Positions 41,146 to 50,468 of a stretch of 64,000 nucleotides of DNA are shown here, in pieces; position 1 is the first letter of the stretch, and each line of letters opens with the position of its first letter. The notes beneath the pieces were generated by a model that had not been told where the DNA came from, did no database searches, and saw only the letters and a list, made by a program, of their open reading frames with translations. A program made the translations under genes and the position numbers. Source of the DNA: an uncultured Candidatus Entotheonella sp. (GTDB lineage: Bacteria; Tectomicrobia; Entotheonellia; Entotheonellales; Entotheonellaceae); assembly GCA_965215335.1 (NCBI GenBank), contig CBDCDA010000001.1:1056001-1120000 (forward strand), in the 5' to 3' direction.

Positions 41146-41264
41146 TGAAATCATCGTGCTGCAAACGGTACAAGCGCAAGGGCAAGGCCTGTCGGGGCTG
41201 TCCCACCATGGCCAAACTAGGGAAAAAAGAGGCCAAGCAACTGCTCAAGAAGCATCACAGATAA
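41145..41264 (+). CDS. 39-aa Cys-rich mini-protein (CC-x9-C-x2-CP)
   Basis: MKSSCCKRYKRKGKACRGCPTMAKLGKKEAKQLLKKHHR; TGATG coupling to the upstream gene. Confidence 0.6.
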   Translation: MKSSCCKRYKRKGKACRGCPTMAKLGKKEAKQLLKKHHR

Positions 41265-41312
41265 CGCCGGACCTCTCCATCCACCCACGGCGGAACGAAT
41301 CCCGCCACCCGC

Positions 41313-41771
41313 CTAAACCACCCGAAGATTGACTTCAGGCGCAACCGCGCCGGTCGCCACCATATCCAGATACAACTCAAGCTCTTCGATGTCGCGCTGC
41401 TCGCCCTCGATGTGGTCTTCCAGCATGTTGCCGAGTGCCACGTCATCGGCGGCCAGTTCATGGGCTTCCGAGTACGCCCGCATGGCAGCGCGTTCGAGGT
41501 CCAGGTCCTGCCGCAGCATCTCTTCGAGGTCGAGTGTCTGGCGAATCGTCGTCCCGACTTCCACGGTCGGGATGCCGCCCAGGGCGACGATTTTCCGCCC
41601 GAACCTGGCGGCGTGTTCTTGCGCCCCGCGGCTCTCGGACATGAAGAAGTCAGAGTACACCTTGCGCCACAGACCGCGCACCAGGAGCGCGTGCTGCTTG
41701 TACTGGATGCAGGCCGCGTGCTCCAGGGCGACCGCTTTGTTGAGTGCGTCAATGACTTGTCGTGTATCCAT
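41313..41771 (-). CDS. Ferritin-like (bacterioferritin-related) protein
   Basis: IDALNKAVALE..IQY..H, HA...I..LGG.P, EMLRQDLDLE..A..AY. Confidence 0.85.
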   Translation of the reverse strand: MDTRQVIDALNKAVALEHAACIQYKQHALLVRGLWRKVYSDFFMSESRGAQEHAARFGRKIVALGGIPTVEVGTTIRQTLDLEEMLRQDLDLERAAMRAYSEAHELAADDVALGNMLEDHIEGEQRDIEELELYLDMVATGAVAPEVNLRVV

Positions 41772-41880
41772 CGTTTCATTCTCCACGGAAATGGGGTTGG
41801 TTATCCTGAACACGGGCACAAGATACCGCACGGTTTGCTGTCTGTCAAGTTAACTTCTTATTTTTCAATAACTTAATAAC

Positions 41881-41899
41881 AATAGTCATTCTCATTATT
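41881..41899. promoter_or_regulatory. Fur-like box between the ferritin-like gene and the imelysin operon
   Basis: Reverse complement AATAATGAGAATGACTATT, 14/19, in an AT-rich spacer. Confidence 0.55.
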
Positions 41900-42067
41900 G
41901 CTTTCGATGATGGTGGCGTTCGGATTGTGCCCGCGGTTAATCCGATCCATACCTGGGGTCTACTCAAAAGTGGGTTCCCATGTCGCAGGTTCCACCTTAC
42001 ACTCCAGTGCTGCAGAAGTTGTTCACGCTGTCTCGTGTTGCCCCTTGACGACAAAGGAGGTGGAAGG

Positions 42068-43504
42068 GTGCGTTCATTTCGGCAAAGTCGACTCATCTGG
42101 TGTCTGACCTTCCTGTTAGGATTCGGTGTTGTTGTCCTGCTCGGTGGTTGTGAATCCGACGATGACGACAGTATTCCAGATCACGAACACGAACACGAAC
42201 ACGAACACGAAGCCATGGTGCCGGATCCCGTAGTTACAAGTGCGGACGTGGTTCGCACCAACGCCAATATCGCATTCGCCGGCTACAGCGACGCGTGGGC
42301 GACGGCGACGGCTCTGGAGAAGGCCATCGACGAATTCGTGGACCAGCCGGACGAGAACACGTTCCAGGCCGCCAAGAATGCCTGGTTGCGGGCGCGCGAG
42401 GCCTATCAGCCGACCGAGGTGTACCGCTTCCGACCCGGCCCCATCGAGGACCTCATGGACGATGGCACCATGATGGAGGGCGAGGGGCCCGAAGCGCGCA
42501 TTAACGGCTGGCCGTTGGGTGAGGCTCTGATTGACTATGTTGCAGATGGAACGCCCGATGGTGATGCTGGCGATCAGGAGAGCGTCGAGGCGGCCAACAT
42601 CGCCTATCCCGGCAACATTATTTCCGATACGGCCAGCGTCCCAACGATCACCAAAGACGCCATCATGCCCTTCGTCGAACTTAATGACGACCGCAACATC
42701 GGCACGGGGTATCACGCCATCGAATTCTTGCTGTGGGGCCAGGACCTGAATGAAGGCCAGACAACGTGGACCACCCCCCCACGCGATGACACCCCGGGGC
42801 AGCGTCCGGTTTCCGACTACTACCAAGATGACCGGTGTACTAGCGGACCCGGCACTCCTGACGGCTTCGAGATTTGCACGCGGCGAGCCACTTATCTCCA
42901 GGTCGCCGCGGACCTTCTGGTCGACGACCTGGGGCGCCTGGTCGATGCCTGGAACCCCAATGGCGATTACTACGCGTCATATACCGCCGACGCCAACGCG
43001 GACGCTTCGCTCGCCTCGATACTGGAAAGCATGGGGCGCATGGGCTTCGGCGAGCTGGCTGGCGAGCGCATCAACATTGCCCGTGCCAACAACTCGCAGG
43101 AAGACGAACACTCCTGCTTCAGCGACAACACGCACCGTGATATCCTTCTCAACGTGGTCGGCATCCGGAACCAATATCTGGGTGAATACGGCTTTGAGGG
43201 CGATGGGATTCAGGGCCCCGGGGTCTATGACCTTCTGATGGCGGAAGACCCTGATCTTGCCGAAGATTTGCGCCGGGCCATTAACGATTCGATTATCAAG
43301 GCGGAGGTGATCGACGCGGTGGCCATGGCCGGCACGCCATTCGATCAGCAGATCGAAGAAGGTCCCGGGAATCCGGACGTCAAGGGCCTCATCGCCGCCT
43401 TGGTGAGTCAAACCGCTTTGATCGAAGAGGCCATTCAGGCACTCGGCCTCGAAGCGGGCGACCTGGAGCAGGACACCGAGGAAGACATCAAGGACGTCTC
43501 CTAG
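42068..43504 (+). CDS. Imelysin-family (IrpA-like) lipoprotein with His/Glu repeat
   Basis: Lipobox LGGC, DHEHEHEHEHE, INGWPL.E..IDY, GYHAIEFLLWGQD, EDEHSCFSDNTH. Confidence 0.9.
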   Translation: MRSFRQSRLIWCLTFLLGFGVVVLLGGCESDDDDSIPDHEHEHEHEHEAMVPDPVVTSADVVRTNANIAFAGYSDAWATATALEKAIDEFVDQPDENTFQAAKNAWLRAREAYQPTEVYRFRPGPIEDLMDDGTMMEGEGPEARINGWPLGEALIDYVADGTPDGDAGDQESVEAANIAYPGNIISDTASVPTITKDAIMPFVELNDDRNIGTGYHAIEFLLWGQDLNEGQTTWTTPPRDDTPGQRPVSDYYQDDRCTSGPGTPDGFEICTRRATYLQVAADLLVDDLGRLVDAWNPNGDYYASYTADANADASLASILESMGRMGFGELAGERINIARANNSQEDEHSCFSDNTHRDILLNVVGIRNQYLGEYGFEGDGIQGPGVYDLLMAEDPDLAEDLRRAINDSIIKAEVIDAVAMAGTPFDQQIEEGPGNPDVKGLIAALVSQTALIEEAIQALGLEAGDLEQDTEEDIKDVS

Positions 43505-43517
43505 GAGGTTGTCGGGC

Positions 43518-45308
43518 ATGTGGAGGTCGTGCACCCCGATGGTTCAACGGCTCGGTTCGGGGTGCGCCCTTGAACGCGCCTGTCGCCTGGTCTTTCTGCT
43601 TGCCCTCGTCTGCACGCTGTCGGCGTGCGGTGGGGGCGGTGGCTCGGATGGCGATGATGGCACGCCGCCAGATGGTGATGACGGTCTGCCGCCGGTAAGC
43701 GCCCATGTTGTCGACCCCGGTGAAGTCGATTCGGGCGGTGGCAACACCGTGGCCTTCCGTAATCCCGATGCCTTTTCGCAGAGCAACCCGCAGCTCGGGC
43801 TTTTGGACCAAGGGAAATTCGAATCGGGCGATTCCGAGTTCGAGAGACCTCGCCAGGGTCTGTTGGGTCCCTTGTTCAACAACGGCACGTGCGAGGGATG
43901 CCACAAGAAAGACGGGCGGGGCAACCCGCCCAAAGATACCAACGACGACGGCGAGACCGACCAGCACATGGAGTCGATGCTGGTGCGTCTGAGCATTCCG
44001 GTCATGGATCCCGCCGATCCTGTGGTGATCATGGGTGGGGTGCAACCGGAGCCCGTCTACGGCGGCCAGATTCAGGTTCTCGGCGGGCTTGCAACGCCAG
44101 GCCGACCTTCGGTTCACAACGGTGCCGTACTACCAGACGGCAGCCTCTCCGACAATCCTGACGATGTGGTCGGCGAAGCTTTTGTCAGCATCCTCTATGA
44201 GACTCTGACTCGGCGGTACCCCGACGGCACACCCTATGATCTGCAACAGCCGACATACCGCATCCGCGATCTCGCCTATGGACCATTTTGCGGTGATGAG
44301 CCGGATTGTCACGAAGATGAGATTCAGTTCTCCCCGCGCGTGGCGTCGCAGGTAATCGGCCTGGGCCTGCTGGAAGTCATACCGGAAGCAGATATTCTGA
44401 AATATGCCGACCCCGACGACCTGAACGAGGACGGTATATCCGGCCGTCCGAACAAGGTCTGGGACGTGTGGACGGAGACCTCCGGTCACTTGGGCCGATT
44501 CGGACACAAAGCAAGCAAGCCCACCCTCCTGCATCAACTGGCCGCTGCCTATCTCGGGGACATCGGCATCACCAGCAGCCTGTTTCCCGACGATACCTGT
44601 ACGGTTCACCAACCCGCTTGTGAGGCGCTGGCAGGGCCAACGGGCATGACCGTGGAGATCGACGACCTGACTCTGGCGCTGGTGGAGTTTTACGTGCGCC
44701 AGCTTGCGGTGCCGCAGCGTCGTGGCTGGGACGATGGGTCGGAGGCGTGGGAGCCACAGGTCTGGCGCGGTCGTCAACTGTTTTTCAGGGCTAATTGCAT
44801 CGGCTGCCATATACCTCGGTACGTCACCGGCGACGCCACCGGTAGCGTGCTGGGCCAAATTGCCGACACCCTGGATGACCTGAGCCAGCCGGCGGAGCCG
44901 TTGCCATCGCTGGCGCGGCAGGTGATCTGGCCGTTCACCGACCTTCTGCTGCATGACATGGGCGGTAGCTGCGATGCCTCGATGCGCGAAGCGGAAGACG
45001 GCGGCAGCTGCGCCGACGAGTCCGCCGCCTGTCTGTGGGTGCAGCGCTGCGACGGTTTGGCCGACGGGCGCCCGGACTTCGAAGCCAGCGGCTCGGAATG
45101 GCGTACCCCCCCGCTATGGGGCCTGGGCTTGACGAAGACCGTCAATCCTGACGCCGGTTTTCTGCACGACGGCCGCGCCCGCACGATTGAAGAGGCGATC
45201 CTCTGGCACGGGCATGAGGACAGCGAGGCGAGGCGCGCCTGGGAATTCTTTATCAACCTCGACCGCTCGGACCGCGAGGCGTTATTGGCCTTCCTGGAGT
45301 CGTTGTAG
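43518..45308 (+). CDS. Di-heme oxidoreductase (DHOR) family lipoprotein; start uncertain
   Basis: LGPLFN..CEGCH, GRFGHKA, CIGCH, PFTDLLLHDMG, WRTPPLWG, LHDGRART; lipobox LSAC. Confidence 0.88.
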   Translation: MWRSCTPMVQRLGSGCALERACRLVFLLALVCTLSACGGGGGSDGDDGTPPDGDDGLPPVSAHVVDPGEVDSGGGNTVAFRNPDAFSQSNPQLGLLDQGKFESGDSEFERPRQGLLGPLFNNGTCEGCHKKDGRGNPPKDTNDDGETDQHMESMLVRLSIPVMDPADPVVIMGGVQPEPVYGGQIQVLGGLATPGRPSVHNGAVLPDGSLSDNPDDVVGEAFVSILYETLTRRYPDGTPYDLQQPTYRIRDLAYGPFCGDEPDCHEDEIQFSPRVASQVIGLGLLEVIPEADILKYADPDDLNEDGISGRPNKVWDVWTETSGHLGRFGHKASKPTLLHQLAAAYLGDIGITSSLFPDDTCTVHQPACEALAGPTGMTVEIDDLTLALVEFYVRQLAVPQRRGWDDGSEAWEPQVWRGRQLFFRANCIGCHIPRYVTGDATGSVLGQIADTLDDLSQPAEPLPSLARQVIWPFTDLLLHDMGGSCDASMREAEDGGSCADESAACLWVQRCDGLADGRPDFEASGSEWRTPPLWGLGLTKTVNPDAGFLHDGRARTIEEAILWHGHEDSEARRAWEFFINLDRSDREALLAFLESL

Positions 45309-45310
45309 GC

Positions 45311-46813
45311 ATGACGGACCCCGCTCGGCCCCGTCCGCGGCGTGGCTCCTGGCGTTTCAGCGCTCTGGTGGCCGCCATGCTCGGGGCTTTGGTTCTCCTG
45401 GCCCTCGAACTGCTCAACCCCTCCCGCTCGGCGCCGCCGGACCCTGCCGAAGCCTTGCCCGGTGGCAGCACGACGCGCGCCATGGGGGGGCGAAAAACAT
45501 TCCTGGAACCGGCCGGCAACCTGTCTTTGGAACGACAACTGGAATTCTATTCCGGCGGCTCGTTCTTCCGGCAAGCGTGGTTGATCGCGCCTAGCAGCAC
45601 CACGCTGCGCGATGGCCTGGGTCCGCTGTTCAACGCGCGTTCCTGTGTCGGATGCCACGTCAGAGGCGGCCGCGGCCGCCCGCCGCTCACGCCGCAGGAA
45701 CCCCTGGTGTCGCTGGCTCTGCGCCTGAGCATTCCGGGCGTTGACCCGCACCTCGGGGTGGTGCCGGAACCGACCTATGGGGACCAGTTGCAAATCCTGG
45801 GCATTGCCCTGACGAAAGAAGGGGGGCTGAGCCCCGGCGACGACGTCGCCGGGGATTACGGCCCCGTGGCCGAGGGCTTTGGAGAAGTGACGTACAAGGT
45901 CCGTCGTGGCCAATACGCCGACGGCGGGGCATGGGAGTTGCGCGTGCCGAGCTACGGCATTCGCGATCTCGCCTACGGCCCGCTGCACCCCGACACGCTG
46001 ATGTCGCCGCGGGTTGCGCCGGCGCTGCCGGGCATAGGCTTGCTGGATGCAATCCCGTACGAGACGATCGCGGTGGCAGCAGACCCGGAAGACTCGGACG
46101 GCGACGGCGTCTCGGGCCGGATCAATCGCGTCTGGGATCGTACCGAACAGCGGACCGTGCCGGGGCGTTTCGGCTGGAAGGCGTCGCAACCGAACCTGCT
46201 GCAGCAGGCCGCGGCGGCGTTTCGCAACGACATCGGCATCACGAATGCGATCTACCCGTCCGAATCCTGCACCGCAGTCCAGGTGTCGTGCCGCCGGGCG
46301 CGCAACGGCAACGGTCCGGGCACCCCGCATGAGATTTCGGGCGCGGTGCTGGCCGCCACCACCTATTTCCTGCGTTTTCTGGCGGTGCCCAAACGCCGCA
46401 ACCCAGAGGCGCCGGAGGTGCTGGAAGGCAGGCGCTTGTTCCGCCAGATCGGCTGCGCGGCCTGCCACGTGCCCCGACACGTAACCGGTGTCGTGGCAGG
46501 AATGCCCGAATTGTCGAATCAGGTCATCTGGCCATATACCGATCTGCTGCTGCATGACATGGGCGACGGCTTGGCCGATGGCCGCCGCGAGTTCGACGCC
46601 ACGGGGCGCGAATGGCGCACGCCACCCTTGTGGGGACTGGGCTGGAGCAAGCGAATCACGGGTCACGAAACCTACCTGCACGACGGCCGCGCCCGTAGCC
46701 TGAGCGAGGCGGTCCTGTGGCACGGCGGCGAGGCCCGGACCGCGCAGCAGGCGTTCCTGAATCTGTCACGTGGGGAACGGCAGGCGCTCGTGGCGTTCCT
46801 CGAGTCTCTATGA
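45311..46813 (+). CDS. Second DHOR-family protein
   Basis: DGLGPLFNARSCVGCH, GRFGWKA, CAACH, PYTDLLLHDMG, LHDGRARS. Confidence 0.9.
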   Translation: MTDPARPRPRRGSWRFSALVAAMLGALVLLALELLNPSRSAPPDPAEALPGGSTTRAMGGRKTFLEPAGNLSLERQLEFYSGGSFFRQAWLIAPSSTTLRDGLGPLFNARSCVGCHVRGGRGRPPLTPQEPLVSLALRLSIPGVDPHLGVVPEPTYGDQLQILGIALTKEGGLSPGDDVAGDYGPVAEGFGEVTYKVRRGQYADGGAWELRVPSYGIRDLAYGPLHPDTLMSPRVAPALPGIGLLDAIPYETIAVAADPEDSDGDGVSGRINRVWDRTEQRTVPGRFGWKASQPNLLQQAAAAFRNDIGITNAIYPSESCTAVQVSCRRARNGNGPGTPHEISGAVLAATTYFLRFLAVPKRRNPEAPEVLEGRRLFRQIGCAACHVPRHVTGVVAGMPELSNQVIWPYTDLLLHDMGDGLADGRREFDATGREWRTPPLWGLGWSKRITGHETYLHDGRARSLSEAVLWHGGEARTAQQAFLNLSRGERQALVAFLESL

Positions 46814-48061
46814 ACAACCGCCTGGGGCGGTATGGAAGGAGGGAGTGTATGCCGGCACGCGATAGAGGTCATGGCGCGTCTCCAGGTGGCGGGTTCCCGT
46901 GGCGCTGGTTGGCGTTGGGGGCGCTGGTGTTGTTCCCTTGCGGCCGTGACGCCGGGTTGCGGCGGAGGTGGCGATGGGGATGGCGGTGGCGGGAATGGAG
47001 ATGGTATCGGCGTTGGGGGACTTACCGACGCCCAGTTGCGGTTGCAATTTATTCAAACCACCGGGAATGGCTTCATTCTGCCCACCTACACGGCGATGGA
47101 GGAGGAGGCAAGTGAACTGGTCACCTCGGCGGCGACCTTCTGCACGGACCCCAATGCGAGCAACCTGGACGACGCGCAGGACCAATGGCGGCAGGTCGTC
47201 GGTCTGTGGATGGAAAGCGAGGTGGTCAAATTCGGGCCTGCCAGGCAAGACTTCGTGCACGACAATATCGACGTGCCCAGAGGCGGACACGCCAATGCCG
47301 CCGGCATCGAGGCCCGGATCATGGGAGACGGCGACATTGATCCAGACGATCCGGCATTTGCTGGAAAACTCGCCGCAAATCAGCGTGGTCTGGAAGGTAT
47401 CGAATACCTGCTCTTCGGCGACGATGGTGAAGGCGAAACCATGCTTGACACCAGTGCCTCGTTTTGGGAGAGGCGGTGCGATTACTTGAAGGCGATTGTC
47501 AGCGATCTGCACGCTAATATGGACGTGATTCTCACCCGCTGGCGAGCCAGCGGCGGCGACTACATTGGCGAATGGAACTCCGCGAGCGAGGCGGGCAACA
47601 CCGCGTATCCCTTTGTTCAAGACGCGATCGACGACCTGATGAACGAAATGGAGTTCGTCATGGACGACCTGGTCAACGTCAAACTGCAGCACGCAAACTG
47701 GGTGCAAGGGCAACCAGAGTCATGGCGCAGCGGCAACTCGATTGCCAACGTTCGGCGCCGCATCGAGGCTGCTGAAAAGATCTATCTCGGCATGGATGGA
47801 GGCGCGGACCAATTTGGCATGGACGATTATCTGCGGCAGACGGGCGAGGCGGGTCTCGATATGCAGATACGCACCCAGTTTGGCGTGGCGCTCGCCGCCC
47901 TGGACGACATCCCCGGAACGCTCGAAGACGCGGCAGGCAGTCATGCGACGCTCGTCGATAAGGCTGAGGAAGAGTCACGGGTATTGCTCCGTTTGCTCAA
48001 GCGCGACCTGGCGGTGCACCTGGACGTATTCTTCGGCTTCAACGACAAGGATGGGGATTAA
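46810..48061 (+). CDS. Second imelysin-family lipoprotein; probable 1-nt frameshift in the signal peptide at ~46935
   Basis: RGLEGIEYLLF, PESWRSGNS, FGFNDKDGD; signal WRWLALGALVLF and LAAVTPGC lie in adjacent frames. Confidence 0.8.
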
Positions 48062-48064
48062 CCG

Positions 48065-49183
48065 ATGCGGACGCCCTCCGTCAGCCGACGCACGTTTGTC
48101 GCGGCGGCAGGACTGGTGGCCGCGGGTGTCGGGTTCGCCGGCTGGCGCCGGCGGCAGCGGCAACCGCTATTCCTGAGCGCGCATCACGACCACGGCGAGC
48201 GACCGCACGTCGGCGCCTTCGACGCTCGGGGACGCCTGCGTTTCCGGCTGCCCATCGACCTGCGGGCGCACGCCGCAGTGGTGCATCCGATGCGCCGCGA
48301 CGATGCGATCATCATCGCCAGACGACCCGGCAATCTGTTGTACGAGATTGACCTGGACAGGGGCGCGATCCGTCGGGTTGTGCACAGCGTCGCCAATCGC
48401 CACTTCTACGGACATGGGGTTTACAGCCCCGACGGCCGCTACCTCTACACGACCGAGAACGATTTCGAAAATGGCGTCGGCGTCATCGGCGTCCGGGACG
48501 GCGAAACGTTGGCCACGGTGGGCGAGATGCCGTCCCATGGCGTCGGCCCGCACGAACTGGTGTTTCTCGCCGACGGGCAGACTCTGGTGGTGGCCAACGG
48601 TGGCATCCGTACCCACCCCGATTTGCCGCGCGAAAAACTGAACGTCCCCACCATGGCCCCCTCGCTGGCCTACCTCGCCGCCTCCAGCGGCGCGCTACAA
48701 GCCGCGTACACACTGGAAAATCACTTTCTCAGCATTCGCCATCTTGCCGTTGGGGGCGATGACCTTATCGGCATCGCCCTGCAACACGAAGGTTCACGGG
48801 AAGCAGCGGTGCCACTGGTAGGGTTTCAGCGCAGCGGTCAGCCGATTGCCCTCGCCACCGCGCCGGAGCCGTTGCTGAGGCGTCTCAACCACTACACGGG
48901 CAGCATTTGCCTGCACCCTGACACTGGCATCGGCGCCGTGGCGTGCCCGCGCGGCGGGCAAGTGACGTTCTGGGACTCTGCTACGGCCCGGTTTGTTGCC
49001 TCCCTGCCCATCCGCGACGCGGGTGGCATCAGCCTGTCTGTCGATGGGGAGGCGTTTGTGGTCACCAATGGCCGGGGCGAGATTCATACTATCCGCACCG
49101 ACACCCTGACCGCGGCGTCACCGCCCGTCACCATCGCCGACACGATGTGGGATAACCACCTGACGCTGACCCGCCCCGTGTAA
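48065..49183 (+). CDS. DUF1513 protein, Tat-exported
   Basis: SRRTFV, ARRPG, RHFYGHG, LYTTEND, GVGPHE, VANGGI.THP, WDNH. Confidence 0.92.
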   Translation: MRTPSVSRRTFVAAAGLVAAGVGFAGWRRRQRQPLFLSAHHDHGERPHVGAFDARGRLRFRLPIDLRAHAAVVHPMRRDDAIIIARRPGNLLYEIDLDRGAIRRVVHSVANRHFYGHGVYSPDGRYLYTTENDFENGVGVIGVRDGETLATVGEMPSHGVGPHELVFLADGQTLVVANGGIRTHPDLPREKLNVPTMAPSLAYLAASSGALQAAYTLENHFLSIRHLAVGGDDLIGIALQHEGSREAAVPLVGFQRSGQPIALATAPEPLLRRLNHYTGSICLHPDTGIGAVACPRGGQVTFWDSATARFVASLPIRDAGGISLSVDGEAFVVTNGRGEIHTIRTDTLTAASPPVTIADTMWDNHLTLTRPV

Positions 49184-49288
49184 GGTTGTCGTTGCCTCGG
49201 TCCCCTCGCTAACAATTCCACGTCACTTCGGCGGAAAGCCTGCCCCGTACTGGATACGGGGACGCTGGATCACGGAGGAGAGGGGAAG

Positions 49289-49789
49289 CTACACGTCGTC
49301 CGTATACGCATTGCGCGTCCGTCCGAAGGTGGCGATCAGGACGGCGATGATCAGCACGGCAAGGGATGACTGGAAGGCAAGGAACGCGGCGATTTTCCAG
49401 TAGGCAAAGACAGGGTGCACGTAACGCACCAGCCAGCCGCCTGCCTCGTTGGCAATAGCAGTGCCAAACGAGACTAGGAGCAGCCAGAATTTCAGGTGGA
49501 CGGAGAGGGGAACGAACAGCACCAGATGGGTCAGAGTGAGGATGAGAATGCCCATGGCGAACAGGTGGAAGTGGGAAATCTCGAGCAGGCCCTGGTAGGT
49601 GCGCGGTCGCGTGAAGCGCTCCTCCGAGCCGCGGTAGTAGTCCACCACCGAGGTCGGCGTGAGCTTCATCTTGTTGAAGTAGAGGAGTGCATTGGTGGCC
49701 CACAGGCCGGCGGTATACAGCAGGAACAGCGCGATGATCAGGCGCAGCAGGCTGTTGCGGCGCCATTCGCCGGTGATGACGAAGCGCAT
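49289..49789 (-). CDS. 4-TM membrane protein with His residues (possible cytochrome b-like)
   Basis: YYRGSE, LLEISHFHLFAMG, LTHL; four hydrophobic segments. Confidence 0.7.
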   Translation of the reverse strand: MRFVITGEWRRNSLLRLIIALFLLYTAGLWATNALLYFNKMKLTPTSVVDYYRGSEERFTRPRTYQGLLEISHFHLFAMGILILTLTHLVLFVPLSVHLKFWLLLVSFGTAIANEAGGWLVRYVHPVFAYWKIAAFLAFQSSLAVLIIAVLIATFGRTRNAYTDDV

Positions 49790-50350
49790 CTAAGGCCGGT
49801 CCTGTTGCAGGACCACTTGGTACACCGCCAGGGCGCGCCGCACGGAATCGGTCATGGCGTGGGCACTCAGGGTGGCGCCGCTGATCGGGGCGATGCCGCG
49901 CCGCACCTGCAGGTCTCGCGTCAGGGTTTTACCGGGGAACTGCGCCTGCCAGCGCTCGCTGGGCATGTATTCCTGCGGCTCGTGGAAGGCGACGATGAGC
50001 ACCGTGTCCACGGTCCCCTCCGGTGTCAATACCACAAAAAGGGCCTCGGGCTGGGTACGAACGATGTGGATGTCCAGGAAGGCGTAACCCAGGGTCTCGT
50101 CGCCCTTGCGTCCGACGTGCACCGTCAGAAGCGGGGATTCGAGTGGGCTGCGCGCCAACTCCTCGACCCGGGCGGCTTGTTCACCGGTCAGGAAGATTGC
50201 CTCGGGCTTGATGCTGTCCGCCTCCGGAAAGATGAGCTGCAGGGCCTCGTTCTTGGCGTAGAGCACCACGCCCTCCGCCGGGTGGAAGGGGCCAAGCGAC
50301 AGCCACAGGACGCCGATCAACGCGTACAAGCCCGTTACCCGCCTGAGCAT
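49790..50350 (-). CDS. FMN-binding (flavinylated) exported protein
   Basis: Signal peptide; ISGATLS flavinylation motif; FHEPQEY..W..QF.GK. Confidence 0.85.
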   Translation of the reverse strand: MLRRVTGLYALIGVLWLSLGPFHPAEGVVLYAKNEALQLIFPEADSIKPEAIFLTGEQAARVEELARSPLESPLLTVHVGRKGDETLGYAFLDIHIVRTQPEALFVVLTPEGTVDTVLIVAFHEPQEYMPSERWQAQFPGKTLTRDLQVRRGIAPISGATLSAHAMTDSVRRALAVYQVVLQQDRP

Positions 50351-50468
50351 CAGCGATCCTCTAACAAAAAAGCAGGCCGGATGAGCCGGTCGCGTGATCC
50401 CGATCCCACCGCATCGCGCAGTGGAATATCGGATTACGCTTTACTAATCCGACCTACGCCAAAAGGTT

